Assembly: GCF_001194135.2 (NCBI RefSeq)
Contig: NC_068983.1
Location: forward strand, 57,394,135 to 57,445,778
Source of the DNA: Octopus bimaculoides
Taxonomy: Eukaryota
Length of the DNA stretch: 51,644 nucleotides
Direction: 5' to 3'
Made by a program: the position numbers and the translations under genes. Position 1 is the stretch's first letter; each line of letters begins with the position of its first letter. Shown here piece by piece: positions 1 through 11,489 of this stretch. The notes beneath the pieces are model-generated. The model was not told where the DNA came from, made no database searches, and worked only from the letters and a program-made list of their open reading frames with translations.

Positions 1-35
<35 letters not shown>

Positions 36-172
36 GTATTTATATATGTAACACTATGTATGTATATACATATATATATACATACATATATATATACACA
101 TATATATACACACATACACACACATATAGGTACATAAATACATACATACATATATATATACATATATATACA
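1..172. repeat. (TA)n/(TACA)n compound microsatellite
   Basis: Direct sequence inspection. Confidence 0.95.
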
Positions 173-174
173 AA

Positions 175-402
175 GCACCAACCGATTATGGCCGTTGCCA
201 GCGTCCTCTGGCCCCTGTGCCATTGGCATGTAAAAAGCACCCACTACACCCTCAGAGTGGTTGGCATTAGGAAGAGCATTCAGCTGTAGAAACACTGCCA
301 GATCAGGCTGGAGCTTGGTGCAGCCTCTGGTTTCCCAGACCCCAGTCAAACCGTCCAACCCATACTAGGGTAGAAAAAGGACGTTAAACAATGATGATGA
401 TG

Positions 403-404
<2 letters not shown>
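175..404 (+). mobile_element. RTE-clade LINE 3' end (5'-truncated) with (GAT)n tail
   Basis: Reverse complement of the family at 3849-4470 and 17711-18335; ends ...GGACGTTAAACAATGATGATGAT. The family is linked to RTE coding sequence at 34400-34710. Confidence 0.75.
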
Positions 405-439
<35 letters not shown>

Positions 440-456
440 AGTGTGTGTGTATGTAT

Positions 457-497
<41 letters not shown>

Positions 498-506
<9 letters not shown>

Positions 507-690
507 TTGTCCCCCCATCCAACCAACATCGCTTGACGACTGATGGTGGTGTGTTTATGTTCCCGTAACTTAGCAATTCAGGAAAAGAGACCGATAGAAT
601 AAATACTGGACTCGGGGTCGATTTGCTCTTCTAAAGGTGGTGCTCCAGCATGGCGACATTCAAATGACTGAAACAAATAAATGTATAAAA
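498..690 (+). mobile_element. tRNA-derived SINE family C, 3' half
   Basis: Matches the 3' half of the full copy at 37481-37893 (GGGGTCGATTTGCTC...GGTGCTCCAGCATGG...ATGACTGAAAC). Confidence 0.85.
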
Positions 691-721
691 AAATAGAAGA
701 ATACATATACACATATATTCT

Positions 722-872
722 ATTCTTTTATTCTTTTATTTGTTTCAGTAATTTTGACTGCAGCCATGCTGGAGCACCACCTTTTGTCGAGCAAATAGAC
801 ACCAGGATTTATTATTTGTAAGCCTAGTACTTATTCTATCAGTCTCTTTTGCCGAACTGCTAAGTTACGGGG
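722..872 (-). mobile_element. SINE family C, 3' half
   Basis: Reverse complement of the same 3' half. Confidence 0.8.
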
Positions 873-874
873 AG

Positions 875-1400
875 TTACTGAGTCTAATTGCATGCAGAGA
901 CTGAATGTGTGCTTTTCTTTACTGTTACGTATCATGAACAAACCGTCTTTGGATCAAATAGTGACTGGTGACGAGAAATGGGTTCTCTGTCCCTACTCAC
1001 TCCAAAGACAGTGAGTAGGGACGAAAGAAACACTGGCACCCCAGGTTAAAGGTCTTCACCCATGTAAGGTGTTGTTATTTGTTTGGTGGAATATGAAAGA
1101 TTTAGTCCACTTTGAACTTTTAAACTCAAACCAAATGATAAGAAAGGAGATCTACTGTGAGCAATTTGAGTGACTTAATCAGTGCTAGAAGAAAAACTAC
1201 CATCTTTGGTTTCAAGATGAAAGATGTTCTTCCATCAAGATAATGCTCAGCCACATACAGCGAGGATGACATTCCAAAGGCTGAAGCAGTTTGAATGGGA
1301 AACAATGCCCCACCCACCATATTTGCTGGACATTGCCCCAACTGATTATCATTTATTCCACAGTCTTCAAAATCATTTACATTGAAGAATTATGAATTCT
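875..1400 (+). pseudogene. Decayed mariner (DD34D) transposase, catalytic region
   Basis: Translates with stops and frameshifts to LDQIVTGDEKWV, LHQDNAQPH and WETMPHPPYLLDIAPTDYHLFHSLQNHL, which are mariner catalytic motifs. Confidence 0.9.
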
Positions 1401-1778
1401 TTATAACTTAGAGTGTGCTTTCTTTTTCAGATTTATGTATTTACAGATGATATTTACAGTATATATACATACATACATNNNNNNNNNNNNNNNNNNNNNN
1501 NNNNNNNNNNNNNNNNNNNNNNNNNNNNNNNNNNNNNNNNNNNNNNNNNNNNNNNNNNNNNNNNNNNNNNNNNNNNNNNNNNNNNNNNNNNNNNNNNNNN
1601 NNNNNNNNNNNNNNNNNNNNNNNNNNNNNNNNNNNNNNNNNNNNNNNNNNNNNNNNNNNNNNNNNNNNNTATAAAGTTTTAATGTACAGAAAACAAAGGA
1701 CAAAGAAAGGTGAAGGAACAACAAGCAGGTGTATTAGTTTAACACTCAAGAAAATGCTCTTCAACAAATACATATATA

Positions 1779-2135
1779 TGAGGTCTGATCAATAAGTATC
1801 AGGACTGTTGCCATAGTAACGAAGCTAAAATACACACAGTGAAGCTGCTTGGCACAGATTGACCGTAAACTCTGCTGTGCATGGGCACTAACTTTTAACA
1901 TTCTAGCTCACATCTGCTGTCTCCAGCAGTGTTTGGAAGGAACATGTGTAGCATGTATTCGTTGCATTGAACGTGGCACAGAAAGTTGAGCAAACAATCT
2001 GCATCAGATTTTGCCAAAAGCTTAGCGATACCTTCTCAAAGGTCTACGCAAAGTTTTCAAAAAGTTTTCATCATTCTCGACACAATCAAGCAGATCTTGT
2101 ATAACTGAAACCCTGGGTGTCTTTTCGGTCAGTTG
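1779..2135 (+). mobile_element. Partial copy of the non-autonomous mariner derivative at 3019-3835
   Basis: Starts TA|TGAGGTCTGATCAATAAGTATC; has the same internal inversion junction (CTACGCAAAGTTTTCAAAAAGTTTTC, ~2050-2066). Confidence 0.85.
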
Positions 2136-3018
2136 AAATTATCATAAAAACAATTGTTATCTTAATTAACTTAGTTTAATATTTGCGCAAGGTTGACTGC
2201 TTCCATGACATTTCAAATACATTATCGTGTTTATCAAGAATAAAATTATCAAATATAACCATCATTCAGTTTTTGTTTTCTCCATTCTAGTAGAATGATT
2301 TGCATGAGTTTGTCTTATAAATCATGTTTGCATTTATCTTATTTCAGCATAATCTTATCTGTATAAGCTTGTTTCATTCAAATCTATCTTCTATATCTGT
2401 TATTTACCATCTCATGTCATTGACTCTCCTAGATTATCCTTTATAGATCTATTAACTCTAACAACACCAATGCATCTATCTTTCACACTTACNNNNNNNN
2501 NNNNNNNNNNNNNNNNNNNNNNNNNNNNNNNNNNNNNNNNNNNNNNNNNNNNNNNNNNNNNNNNNNNNNNNNNNNNNNNNNNNNNNNNNNNNNNNNNNNN
2601 NNNNNNNNNNNNNNNNNNNNNNNNNNNNNNNNNNNNNNNNNNNNNNNNNNNNNNNNNNNNNNNNNNNNNNNNNNNNNNNNNNNNNNNNNNNNNNNNNNNN
2701 NNNNNNNNNNNNNNNNNNNNNNNNNNNNNNNNNNNNNNNNNNNNNNNNNNNNNNNNNNNNNNNNNNNNNNNNNNNNNNNNNNNNNNNNNNNNNNNNNNNN
2801 NNNNNNNNNNNNNNNNNNNNNTAGAGCTTGTACTGGGGTCTCTTTTCATGCCACTGGCACTATTGTGGTCACCATGCAGCTAGCAAGACTATGAACCATG
2901 TATGGTGGTGATGATGGTGGTGGTGGGGTAAGGAAATATAATATGGAATGACGGTAATATAATGATTTTATACAGCTTGTTAATAATCTTTTCCATTCCT
3001 TTGCAAAGATTAGATCTA

Positions 3019-3835
3019 TGTGGTCTGATCAATAAGTATCCGGACTGTTGCTATAGTAACGCAACTAAAGCATGCAGAGTAAAGCCACTCAGCACAAATT
3101 GACCTTGAACTCTGCTGTAGATGTGCACTAAGTTTTACCATTCTAGCTCTCTTCTGCTATTTACCACAGTCTCGGAAAGAACATGTGTAGCGTGTGATCG
3201 TTGCAGTGACCATGACGGAAGAAGTTGAGCAGAGAATCTGCATCAAATTTGGCCAAAAATTTGGCGATACCTGCTCAGAAGCCTACGCAAATTTTCAAAA
3301 AGTTTTCGTCATACTCGACACAACCAAGGAGATCTTGTGCAACTGAAACCCGAGTGACCTTTTGGTCAGCCGAAAGCAGTTTTGGCACAAACTTGGCAGA
3401 CATGCATCTCATACCCAAATCTCCAATGATAATGGACAGAACTGAACCGGAATTAATCTGCACATCTTCTGATAACTCATGGATGGTGATTTGACAATTC
3501 CCCTCACAGCTGCATGTATATCTGCGATGTCTTTCTCTGTTCTGCTGCGTGCAGGCCTCCTAGAGCATTCATCAATATCAACATTTGTTCAGCCATGTTG
3601 GAAACCTCTGAACCACTCGTACACTAGTGTGCAGCCCACACACTTCTCTCAATACACTTTCCATAACTTTGCATAGGCCTCTGACCAGTTATCGCCATGG
3701 CAACTTCCTTTGTCATGAAAACATAGTGTGCATGCACAGCAGCATTCAAGGTCAATCACTGCTAAGCAGCCTCCTTGTGCATGCTTTATCTTCGTTACTA
3801 TGGCAACAGTGCAGATACTTATTGATTGGACATCA
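3019..3835. mobile_element. Non-autonomous mariner element built from two left (5') ends
   Basis: TIRs of ~50 bp (TGTGGTCTGATCAATAAGTATCCGGACTGTTGCTATAGTAACG vs reverse complement of 3790-3835) with TA at both flanks. Transposase N-terminus on + (EVEQRICIKF...SEAYA) and on - (SEAYAKLWKVY...SAKFVPKLLSADQK). Confidence 0.9.
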
Positions 3836-3848
3836 TACACATATATAC

Positions 3849-4470
3849 ATATCATCATCATCATCATCATCGTTTAACGTCCGCTTTCCATGCTAGCATG
3901 GGTTGGACTGTTTGACTGAGGACTGGTGAAACCAGATGGCTACACCAGGCTCCAATCTGATTTGGCAGAGTTTCTACAGCTGGATGTCCTTCCTAACGCC
4001 AACCACTCAGAGGGTGTTGTGGGTGCTTTTACGTGTCACCGACACGAAGGCCAGTCAGGCGGTACTGGAAACGGCCACGTTCAAAATGGTGTATTTTATG
4101 TGCCACCCACAAAAGAGCCAGTCCAGGGGCACTGGCAATGATCTCGCTCGAAAATCCTTACACATGTCACGGGTACAAGTGCCAGAAAGGTGATGTTGGG
4201 CACAGGTGCCATCCCAATTTCGCTTTCGCTTTCCCCAATAAGTTTTTGCAAGCTGAGTTTCGTGTCCAATGAAGGAGACGATGTTGCCATGGGTGTCAAT
4301 TGTCGAATTTAGTTCGATTTCAATTTCACTTCCCTCAAAAGGTCTTCGCAAGCGGGGTTTAGTATCCAATGAAGGAAAGGCACGCATAAGTGGGCTGGCT
4401 TCACCCCTGGCAGAGGCCTTGGATTTAGGTCTCACTTGGCTTGCCGGGTCTTCTCACGCACAACATTTAC
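3849..4470 (-). mobile_element. RTE-clade LINE 3' UTR and end
   Basis: (CAT)n followed by CGTTTAACGTCCGCTTTCCATGCTAGCATGGG; continues into sequence shared with 34400-34470. Confidence 0.8.
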
Positions 4471-4489
4471 ACATCCATCCATACATACA

Positions 4490-4800
4490 TACATACACTC
4501 GTGTTCCATCAGTTATGACTACAAGGGCTCCATTTGATCCAACCAACAGAACAGCTTACTCGTGAAATTAACGTGCAAGTGGCTGAGTACTCCACAGACA
4601 CATGTACCCTTAATGTAGTTCTCAAAGAGATTCAGTGTGCAACAGAATGTGACAAAGCTGGGCCGTTTGAAATACAGGTAGAACTCTTTTCGGCCAGCTG
4701 AGTGGAACGGAACAACATGAAATAAAGTGTCTTGCCCAGTGATACGTGTCACCGGGAATTGATCTCGGCCTTATGATCACAAGACAAATACCCAAACCAC
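4490..4800 (-). mobile_element. tRNA-derived SINE family D
   Basis: Shares its tail with 7500-7660 (CACGTTAATTTCACGAG...GTTGGATCAAATGGAGCCC). Confidence 0.7.
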
Positions 4801-5274
4801 AAAGCCACACACACACAAACACACATGTCAATAAAATCTACAACTTGTGCTTACCCTCAGTTTTTACCATACAAAATTTTTCACATTGCTGCTTATGCTG
4901 TTTTATGTTTTCATTTTTTTTTTTTGTTTGTTCCTTCTCTATATTTTCCACGACTCTTTTTCTTTTATGCCATTTTTCTTTTTGTTATGCATGGAGTTTT
5001 TATTTTCTATCAGCCTTACAAGAGAACTAAACATCTTGTATTGAAGCAGCCTTTTGGCTACCTTTAGCAATAAACAGAATGCTTTTATGATATCTACCTT
5101 TTCTGCAAGGAAAAATTCACATTGAGTGTATTTAGTTTCCAGTATTATTAGCATTGCTGACAGCACCTGATCATCTAAACAAGCTGAACCCTATGGCAAA
5201 AATACAAAGGCTGTAGTAGTAGTTGATGTGATTTTTTACAGTGATAAAGAAGGTTTTGTCGTAATTATTTTTGG

Positions 5275-5435
5275 TCGTGATGGTGGGGCTGTATGGTAAG
5301 AAGCTTACTTCCAAACCACATGTTCTGTGTTCAGACCCACTGTGTGGCCCAATGAGCAAGTGTCTTCTACTATAGCCTTGGGCAGACCAAAGTCTTGTGA
5401 GTGGATTTTGTAGACTAAAAGTGAAAGTAACCTGT
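5275..5435 (+). mobile_element. SINE family C, 5' half (tRNA head plus CORE-like domain)
   Basis: GGCTGTATGGTAAGAAGCTT...GTTCAGACCCAC...GAGCAAGTGTCTTCTACTATAGCC. Confidence 0.8.
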
Positions 5436-5469
5436 TCTATATATATATGTATATATATAGATAGATAAA

Positions 5470-6010
5470 AATTACTTGCAAATGATTACGTGGTGTTCGA
5501 TCATGTAATATGCATATATACATACATATATGTACATACCTACATATATATGTACATATACATGCATATATGGGTACAGGATCATCAAAAACACGTGAAC
5601 AAAAAGAGAAACGAGAACATAAAAAAAACCCAGAAAACATACTTTTTTCGAACAACGAAGGAAACAAATAGAAAAACAAGACAGGCACAATAAAGAATAT
5701 TCCCTTCATCAGTTGACCTCTGTTTTATTTACTCCACGTTTCGAATGTAGGGACAAGACGCGACTTCGTTAAAACAGTCCTTCCCACAATGCAAATTAAA
5801 TAACATTTGGGATTTTTTGTGGAAGGTTAAAGTGGTAACAAAAACAGGACAGTGAGAACAAGACAGTAAAAACAAACGGTGAGGACCATTAAGCCAAGAT
5901 GATGTGAAGTGGTGAACACAGGAAAAATGAGCTTTGAGAGGAGACAGGTAAAAGCAAGTGGAAGGAAGTGGAAGAAAGAAAGATGGATAGCCGTTGGTCA
6001 CGTGTGAGCA
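5470..6010. repeat. Interspersed repeat family, also at 27860-28290
   Basis: Shared CATATATGGGTACAGGA...TTTTTTCGAACAACGAA...CCCTTC(A/T)TCAGTTG...ACTCCACGTTT; class not determined. Confidence 0.7.
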
Positions 6011-6099
6011 ACGAGAGAGTCATATATATATATATATATATATATGTTAATATTTCTAAGTCTCTCTAAAGGAGACTACAGCAGCTGTACTGGATATTA

Positions 6100-6340
6100 A
6101 TAGTTATCGCCAAGCCAACATGGCAGTCCAAAAGATAGGACGAATACTGCCGTTGATTAGCTCCAAGAGGCCATCGCCTTTCACCTCTAGCTAGCTATGC
6201 GACACACGAACCTGTGTCTATTATAACCTTCAAACAGGAGAGGTCAGCCGCTTCCCCTTGTTGGTTTGGCATCTACAGACTAGTTTCGGGGTATTGCCCC
6301 TTATCAATGTAGAGCAGCCGATAAGGAGCAATGCCCGAAG
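6100..6340 (-). mobile_element. HHR-bearing non-coding element (Penelope pLTR- or retrozyme-like); tail related to 19755-19870 and 25699-25856
   Basis: HHR at 6272-6313. The tail GCCAA.C.AACATGGCAGTCC recurs at the other two loci. Confidence 0.6.
6272..6313 (-). ncRNA. Minimal type I hammerhead ribozyme, U3-A8 core variant
   Basis: Minus strand reads UCUACA UUGAUAA GGGG caaua CCCC GAAA CUAG UC / UGUAGA: 6-bp stem I, 4-bp stem II, palindromic stem III (ACUAGU), GUC cleavage triplet. Confidence 0.85.
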
Positions 6341-7150
6341 CATGCCGGGTAAAATGCTTAATGGCATTTCATCTGTCTTTATGTTCTAAGTTCAAATTCT
6401 GCTGAGGTCTACTTTGCTTTTCATCCTTTCAGGGTCAAAAAATTAAGTACCAGTTGAACAATGGGTTTGATGTAATTGACACATCCCTCCCACAAAATGT
6501 CTGCCCTTGAAGCAAAATTTTGAAACCATTATTGTTATTATCATTATTATTAGTAGTAGTAGTAGGATATAAGTCAATGAGCTGGCAGAATCATTAACAT
6601 GCTGGGAAAAATGCTTAGCAGTATTTTGTCTGTTTATGTTCTGAGTTCAACTTTGCCTTTCATCCTTTCGGTGTCCATAAATTAAGTACCAGTTGCATAC
6701 TGGGATCGATGTGATCAACTTACCCCCATCCTGCCAAATTTCAGACCTTGTGCCTATAGTAGAAAGGATTATTATTATCATTTAAGATATTATGTGGTGG
6801 TCAACTTTGCCTTTTATCCTTTCGGTGTCCATAAATTAAGTACCAGTTGCATACTGGGGTCGAATTGATTGACTTACCTTCCTCCTGTCAAACTTCAGAC
6901 CTTGTGCCTATAGGAGAAAGGATTATTATCATCATTTAAGATATTCTGTGATGGTCAATTTTGCCTGTCATCCTTTCAGGGGTCAATAAAATAAGTACCA
7001 GCTGAATACTGGGGTCAATGTAATCGACTCAACCCTTCCCCTAAAGTTGCTGTCCTGTACTAAAATTTGAAACCAGAGGTGGTGAGCTGGAAGATAAAAC
7101 GCTTAGTGGCATTCACCTTCTTTTCGTGTTCTGAGTTCAAATTCCACAAA
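6341..7150 (+). mobile_element. Tandem pile-up of tRNA-derived SINE family B copies and fragments
   Basis: At least five repeats of GTTCTGAGTTCAA...TTTGCCTTTCATCCTTTC...AAGTACCAG. 6640-6780 and 6790-6930 are a local tandem duplication. Confidence 0.9.
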
Positions 7151-7282
7151 TATACAAAGAACTATGGGAGATCTATCTGACTAAATCCTTCAAAGAGGTG
7201 CCCCAGCATGGCCATAGACCAACGACTGAAACAAGCAAAAGATAGCTGATACATATTTACGTGCATGCTGTATTACATAACA

Positions 7283-7660
7283 TGGAGGCGCAATGGCCCA
7301 GTGGTTAGGGCAGCGGACTCGCGGTCGTAGGATCACGGTTTCGATTCCCAGATCGGGCATTGTGAGTGTTTATTGAGGGAAAGCACCTAAATTTCCACTA
7401 GGCTCCAGCAGTGGGGGGTGGCGAACTCTGCCATATTCTTTCACCACAACTTTCTTTCACTCTTTCTTCCTGTTTCTGTTATATCCATATTTCAAAGAAG
7501 CCAGCCTTGTCACACTCTGTGTCAAGCTGAATCTCTCTAAAAACTACGTTAAGGGTAGACGTGCCTGTGGAGTGCTCAGCCACTTACACGTTAATTTCAT
7601 GAGCAGGCTGTTCCATCGATCGGATCAACTGGAACCCCCGACGTCATAACCAACAGAGTT
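7283..7660 (+). mobile_element. tRNA-derived SINE family D, near full length
   Basis: A box TGGCCCAGTGG, B box GTTTCGATTCC, then a non-tRNA body; tail shared with 4490-4800. Confidence 0.8.
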
Positions 7661-8037
7661 CCACAATTTTGTAACACCATGTATATCAATTTAATATTCC
7701 CATTTCAGATTTATATAACATTTCAAAACTGTTAACACTATTTGAAGTACAGTATTTCTTGTTTGAAGCCTCGTTTAATCATAAATCTCTTCTCTTAAAT
7801 ATCATTAGCTGTTCCAATCTGTTGAAACTCGTTTCAAATAGCTAGCAGAATTTTTAGTTTTATTCAAATTTATTACTATGAATAAAACACGTGTTTCAAC
7901 TATAATTATGTTTTGAAGTTTATGCTTGCAGCTAGAATCTACAACAGTAGAATTAGTACTGGTGAAGACAGAGCATATAAATCGGACCTTCTTTCATACA
8001 ACACATACTCATTCCTCACCAACACTAAAATTATTTA

Positions 8038-8072
<35 letters not shown>

Positions 8073-8370
8073 CATTCAATCACTGAGATTTGAAGTTAGA
8101 TGTCACTACTGTTCATATCATCTGTGGATAAATTCAAAATTTGATGATATCACCAGTAGTAGTATTGGTGGAACGCAGTTATGATAGCTTTAAGGAACTA
8201 TGAAATATCGTAATGATGCTTAATGAGCATCTAGCTGCTAGAAATAAGAGCCAAGTCTTAAATAATCCACCGTAGCGCACCGCTATAACAGAGAAAAACA
8301 GTATGCGAGGAAAACAGACCGAATTAAAACATTTAACAACACAAATAAAAATTTTATGTAATTACGGATA

Positions 8371-8426
8371 TCCACAAACTAGGTTTCTGCTTTTGGTTAT
8401 TCAACCTTGAGCTTCGTCAGTGTGGA
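8371..8426 (-). ncRNA. Minimal type I hammerhead ribozyme motif
   Basis: Minus strand reads UCCACA CUGACGA A GCU caa GGUU gaau AACC aaa AGC A GAAA CCUAG UU / UGUGGA: perfect 6-bp stem I, intact CUGANGA and GAAA core. Confidence 0.75.
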
Positions 8427-8526
8427 CCACCAGTTTAAATTCATGACTGTTCACGTTAGTCTCTGATATATGTATATTGTATATATATTATATATATATT
8501 TTTTATACATATATATATTTATCATA

Positions 8527-8655
8527 GATATGGCTGTGTGGTAAGAAGCATGCTTACAAACCACATGGTTCTGGGTTCAGTCCCACTGCGTGGTACCTTG
8601 GGCAAGTATCTTATACTATAACCTCAGGCCAATCAAAGCCTTGTGAGTGGATTTA
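8527..8655 (+). mobile_element. SINE family C, 5' half
   Basis: GGCTGTGTGGTAAG...GGGTTCAGTCCCACTGCGTGGTACCTTGGGCAAGT. Confidence 0.85.
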
Positions 8656-8659
8656 TGTG

Positions 8660-8735
8660 ATGTTACTGGAGACTGTGGTCATTCCCTGGCTGGAGAGAGT
8701 TGCTGCTGGAAGGCCATATGTATAGCAGTAGGATT
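8660..8735 (+). pseudogene. Tc1/mariner-superfamily transposase fragment
   Basis: Translates LLETVVIPWLERVAAGRPYV*Q*D, resembling the PW...RPYVWQQD motif before the second catalytic Asp. Confidence 0.65.
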
Positions 8736-8964
8736 TGAACATTACGTTATCAGAAAACGGAAAAAGAGTTTCACCTTTCCATAGCAAAATCGTTGTACTA
8801 CACTTTGACAAGCTTTGATATCTGAAGCAGATGGAGATACGATAGTTTGACCAAAAGAACCAGCTGTTACAAGCAAAAACAAATATTAAAAAAACCGCAT
8901 TTGGTCAAAGTTGGATATACGACACTTTAATATAATAGCAACTATATATATATANNNNNNNNNN

Positions 8965-9180
8965 TGTCAGCATCATGATCGTAAGATTGTGGTTTCGATT
9001 CCTGGACCGGGTGATGCGCTGTGTTCTTGAGCAAAACACTTCATTTCACATTGCTCCAGTCCACTCAGCTGAGAAAATGAGTAACGCTTCGATAGACTGG
9101 CACCCCGTCCAGCTGGAGAACACATACGCTGTTGAAACCGGGAAACCGGGCCCATGAGCCTGGCTAGGCTAAAAAAGGGC
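8965..9180 (+). mobile_element. tRNA-derived SINE, head cut by an assembly gap
   Basis: B box GTTTCGATTCC followed by GTGTTCTTGAGCAAAACACTTCATTTCACATTGCTCCAGTCCACTCAGCTG. Confidence 0.75.
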
Positions 9181-10324
9181 GCCAAAAAATATATATATAT
9201 ATACACACACTCATAAACTACTGAATGTTATGCAATATGGACATGTTAATCTTTTCAATATATTCTTCCATACTTTACAAAATGTATAAATCTACAGAAT
9301 TTGCCCCAAGGTGCAACCAAAACAATGCTCTAAATTTTGAACCTATGTCAAAAGTTTAGTAGCATCACCTTGTAACCTTTAAGCCTCGTGTCTCTCTCAC
9401 ACTCCTCATATGTTGATAAACATCACATTTCTTTATCAAAATGCATAAACATATTCCAGATGTCAAAAACAAGCTGTGTTTACACTACTGATAGGATATT
9501 TGGAAAATAATTATATCTTTACGTTAACCAATTTATATTTTCTGTCACTGAAGGACAACATAACTTTCAGATTTCATGTCACAGTTTTTAAAAAACGTAG
9601 TAGTTTTGTTCTTATTTTTTTTTGTTTATTTATATTTTATTTGTTGTATATTTGAGTAAACATTGATATTTTTAAAAAAAATTATCACCAATAAATTACT
9701 TTAATCAATAATATGGTTCCAGTAATTCATAATTATTTAGAATGATGTGTCAAATAGGGTTTTTCTAGAACCAAAATCAATTAGGTGAATATATTGGACT
9801 GATTTATTGAACTAACTAATAAGATGTAGCACCACTGTGTTTCCATAGATATTTTACGCGTCATTATCACTACCTCCATTAACACTAATATTAATAACAA
9901 CTTTATTTTGTATCCCCAAATATTTATGACGTTTCTGGCCGTAGTGTCTTTATTTTATTTGTATGTAATGGTGCTGTGTACACTCTGGTGTCATGAACAA
10001 TACAGTAATTGAAGTTGGGTGCATGGAAACTGAAAGAGCAAGCTCCATGGTGACCAATGCCTTGCTAGTGAATTTGGTTGATGGAAGCTGTGGCAGCCAG
10101 AAAAGCAACAAAAATTCAATTTTTGTTGCTTTTCTTCAAATTTTATTCACCAAATCTCTTGATTTTGTTTTTGGATTTTACCCTGCCAAATTCTGGTGCC
10201 TCAAACATTTTGAGTACCACATTTAATTTTTTGATTAAATCTATATTATTATTCACAAATATATATATATATTATATATATATATATATATATAACAATA
10301 TATATATATAAACACACACAATGA

Positions 10325-10500
10325 GCTTTCTTGCAGTTTCCATCTACCAAATCCACTCACAAGGCTTTGGTCAGCCCAAGGCTATAGTAGAAGACACTTA
10401 CTCAAGGTGCCATGATGTGGAACTGAACCTGGAACCATGTGGATGAATCAAGCTTGGTTGTGTGGTAAGAATCAAATTTCTTACCATACAACCATGCCTT
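10325..10500 (-). mobile_element. SINE family C, 5' half
   Basis: Reverse complement of the family C head and core. Confidence 0.8.
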
Positions 10501-10505
10501 CGCCT

Positions 10506-10555
<50 letters not shown>

Positions 10556-10572
10556 NNNNNNNNNNATAAATA

Positions 10573-10619
<47 letters not shown>

Positions 10620-11489
10620 ATCTTTGCATTTCCCCCCCTACTATCATTGTTTGGCAAACTGTTGGTTTGTTTACATCCTTGGAACCTAGAAATTCAGCAA
10701 CTGATACAAATAAAATATGTATCAGACATTAGGTACTAAGGCTAATTTACTTGACTTAACCTTTCAGGGTGGTGCCTCAGAATAGCCAAAGTGCAATAAC
10801 GGTAAAAAGTAAGAGATAAAAGGTAATAAAAAAGTATTAAATGAGAATATTTTGGTAAGAATGGCCAAAGTCACACAGAAACAAGGGACAATATTAGCAT
10901 CATCGCCATCGCCTGTATCACCATCACCATCATCATCAATATGACCAACATCATCACCTTCATTATCACCACCACCACCATCATCATCATCATTGTCAAC
11001 AACAACAACAACAACAACAACACAAACATCTACACATCTCTGCCATCATTATGTATTCATGGCACGAGACACAAGTATTTATTTTTATTAATTATTTCCA
11101 AGTGAAGGGTATTAATTCTGTCGCTACATATGGAATTTAAAATAGACACTATATTTCTCGTGGTTTTGTTGATTTATTTTTGTTTTCCTTTCATTAAAAT
11201 TTCTCAAATTATTCAAATTCAAGTTCTATTTATATATTATTAATAATGTTGGAAACTAAAAACAATATTTTAGTCTACAATTTATTTTATCTATTTATAT
11301 AATTAAACCAAACAAGATGTTCAATATTACTTTTAAAAGTAGGGCAGGGAGCTGGAAGAACTGTTAGCATGAAGGCCAAAATGCTTGGTAGCATTTTGTT
11401 TGCCTTTATGTTCTGAGCAGACTCTGACTCATCTACTATTGACACCTCTGACTCTGATTCCAACTCTTCTTTATGTAATTAAGTGATTA

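Noticed and set aside
5700-5780. HHR-like words on - (TCGAAACGTGGAG...CTGATGAAGGG), also at 28030-28085
   Set aside because: The order is GAAAC then CUGANGA with no compatible stems I and II, and no GAAA follows the CUGA hairpin in either copy.
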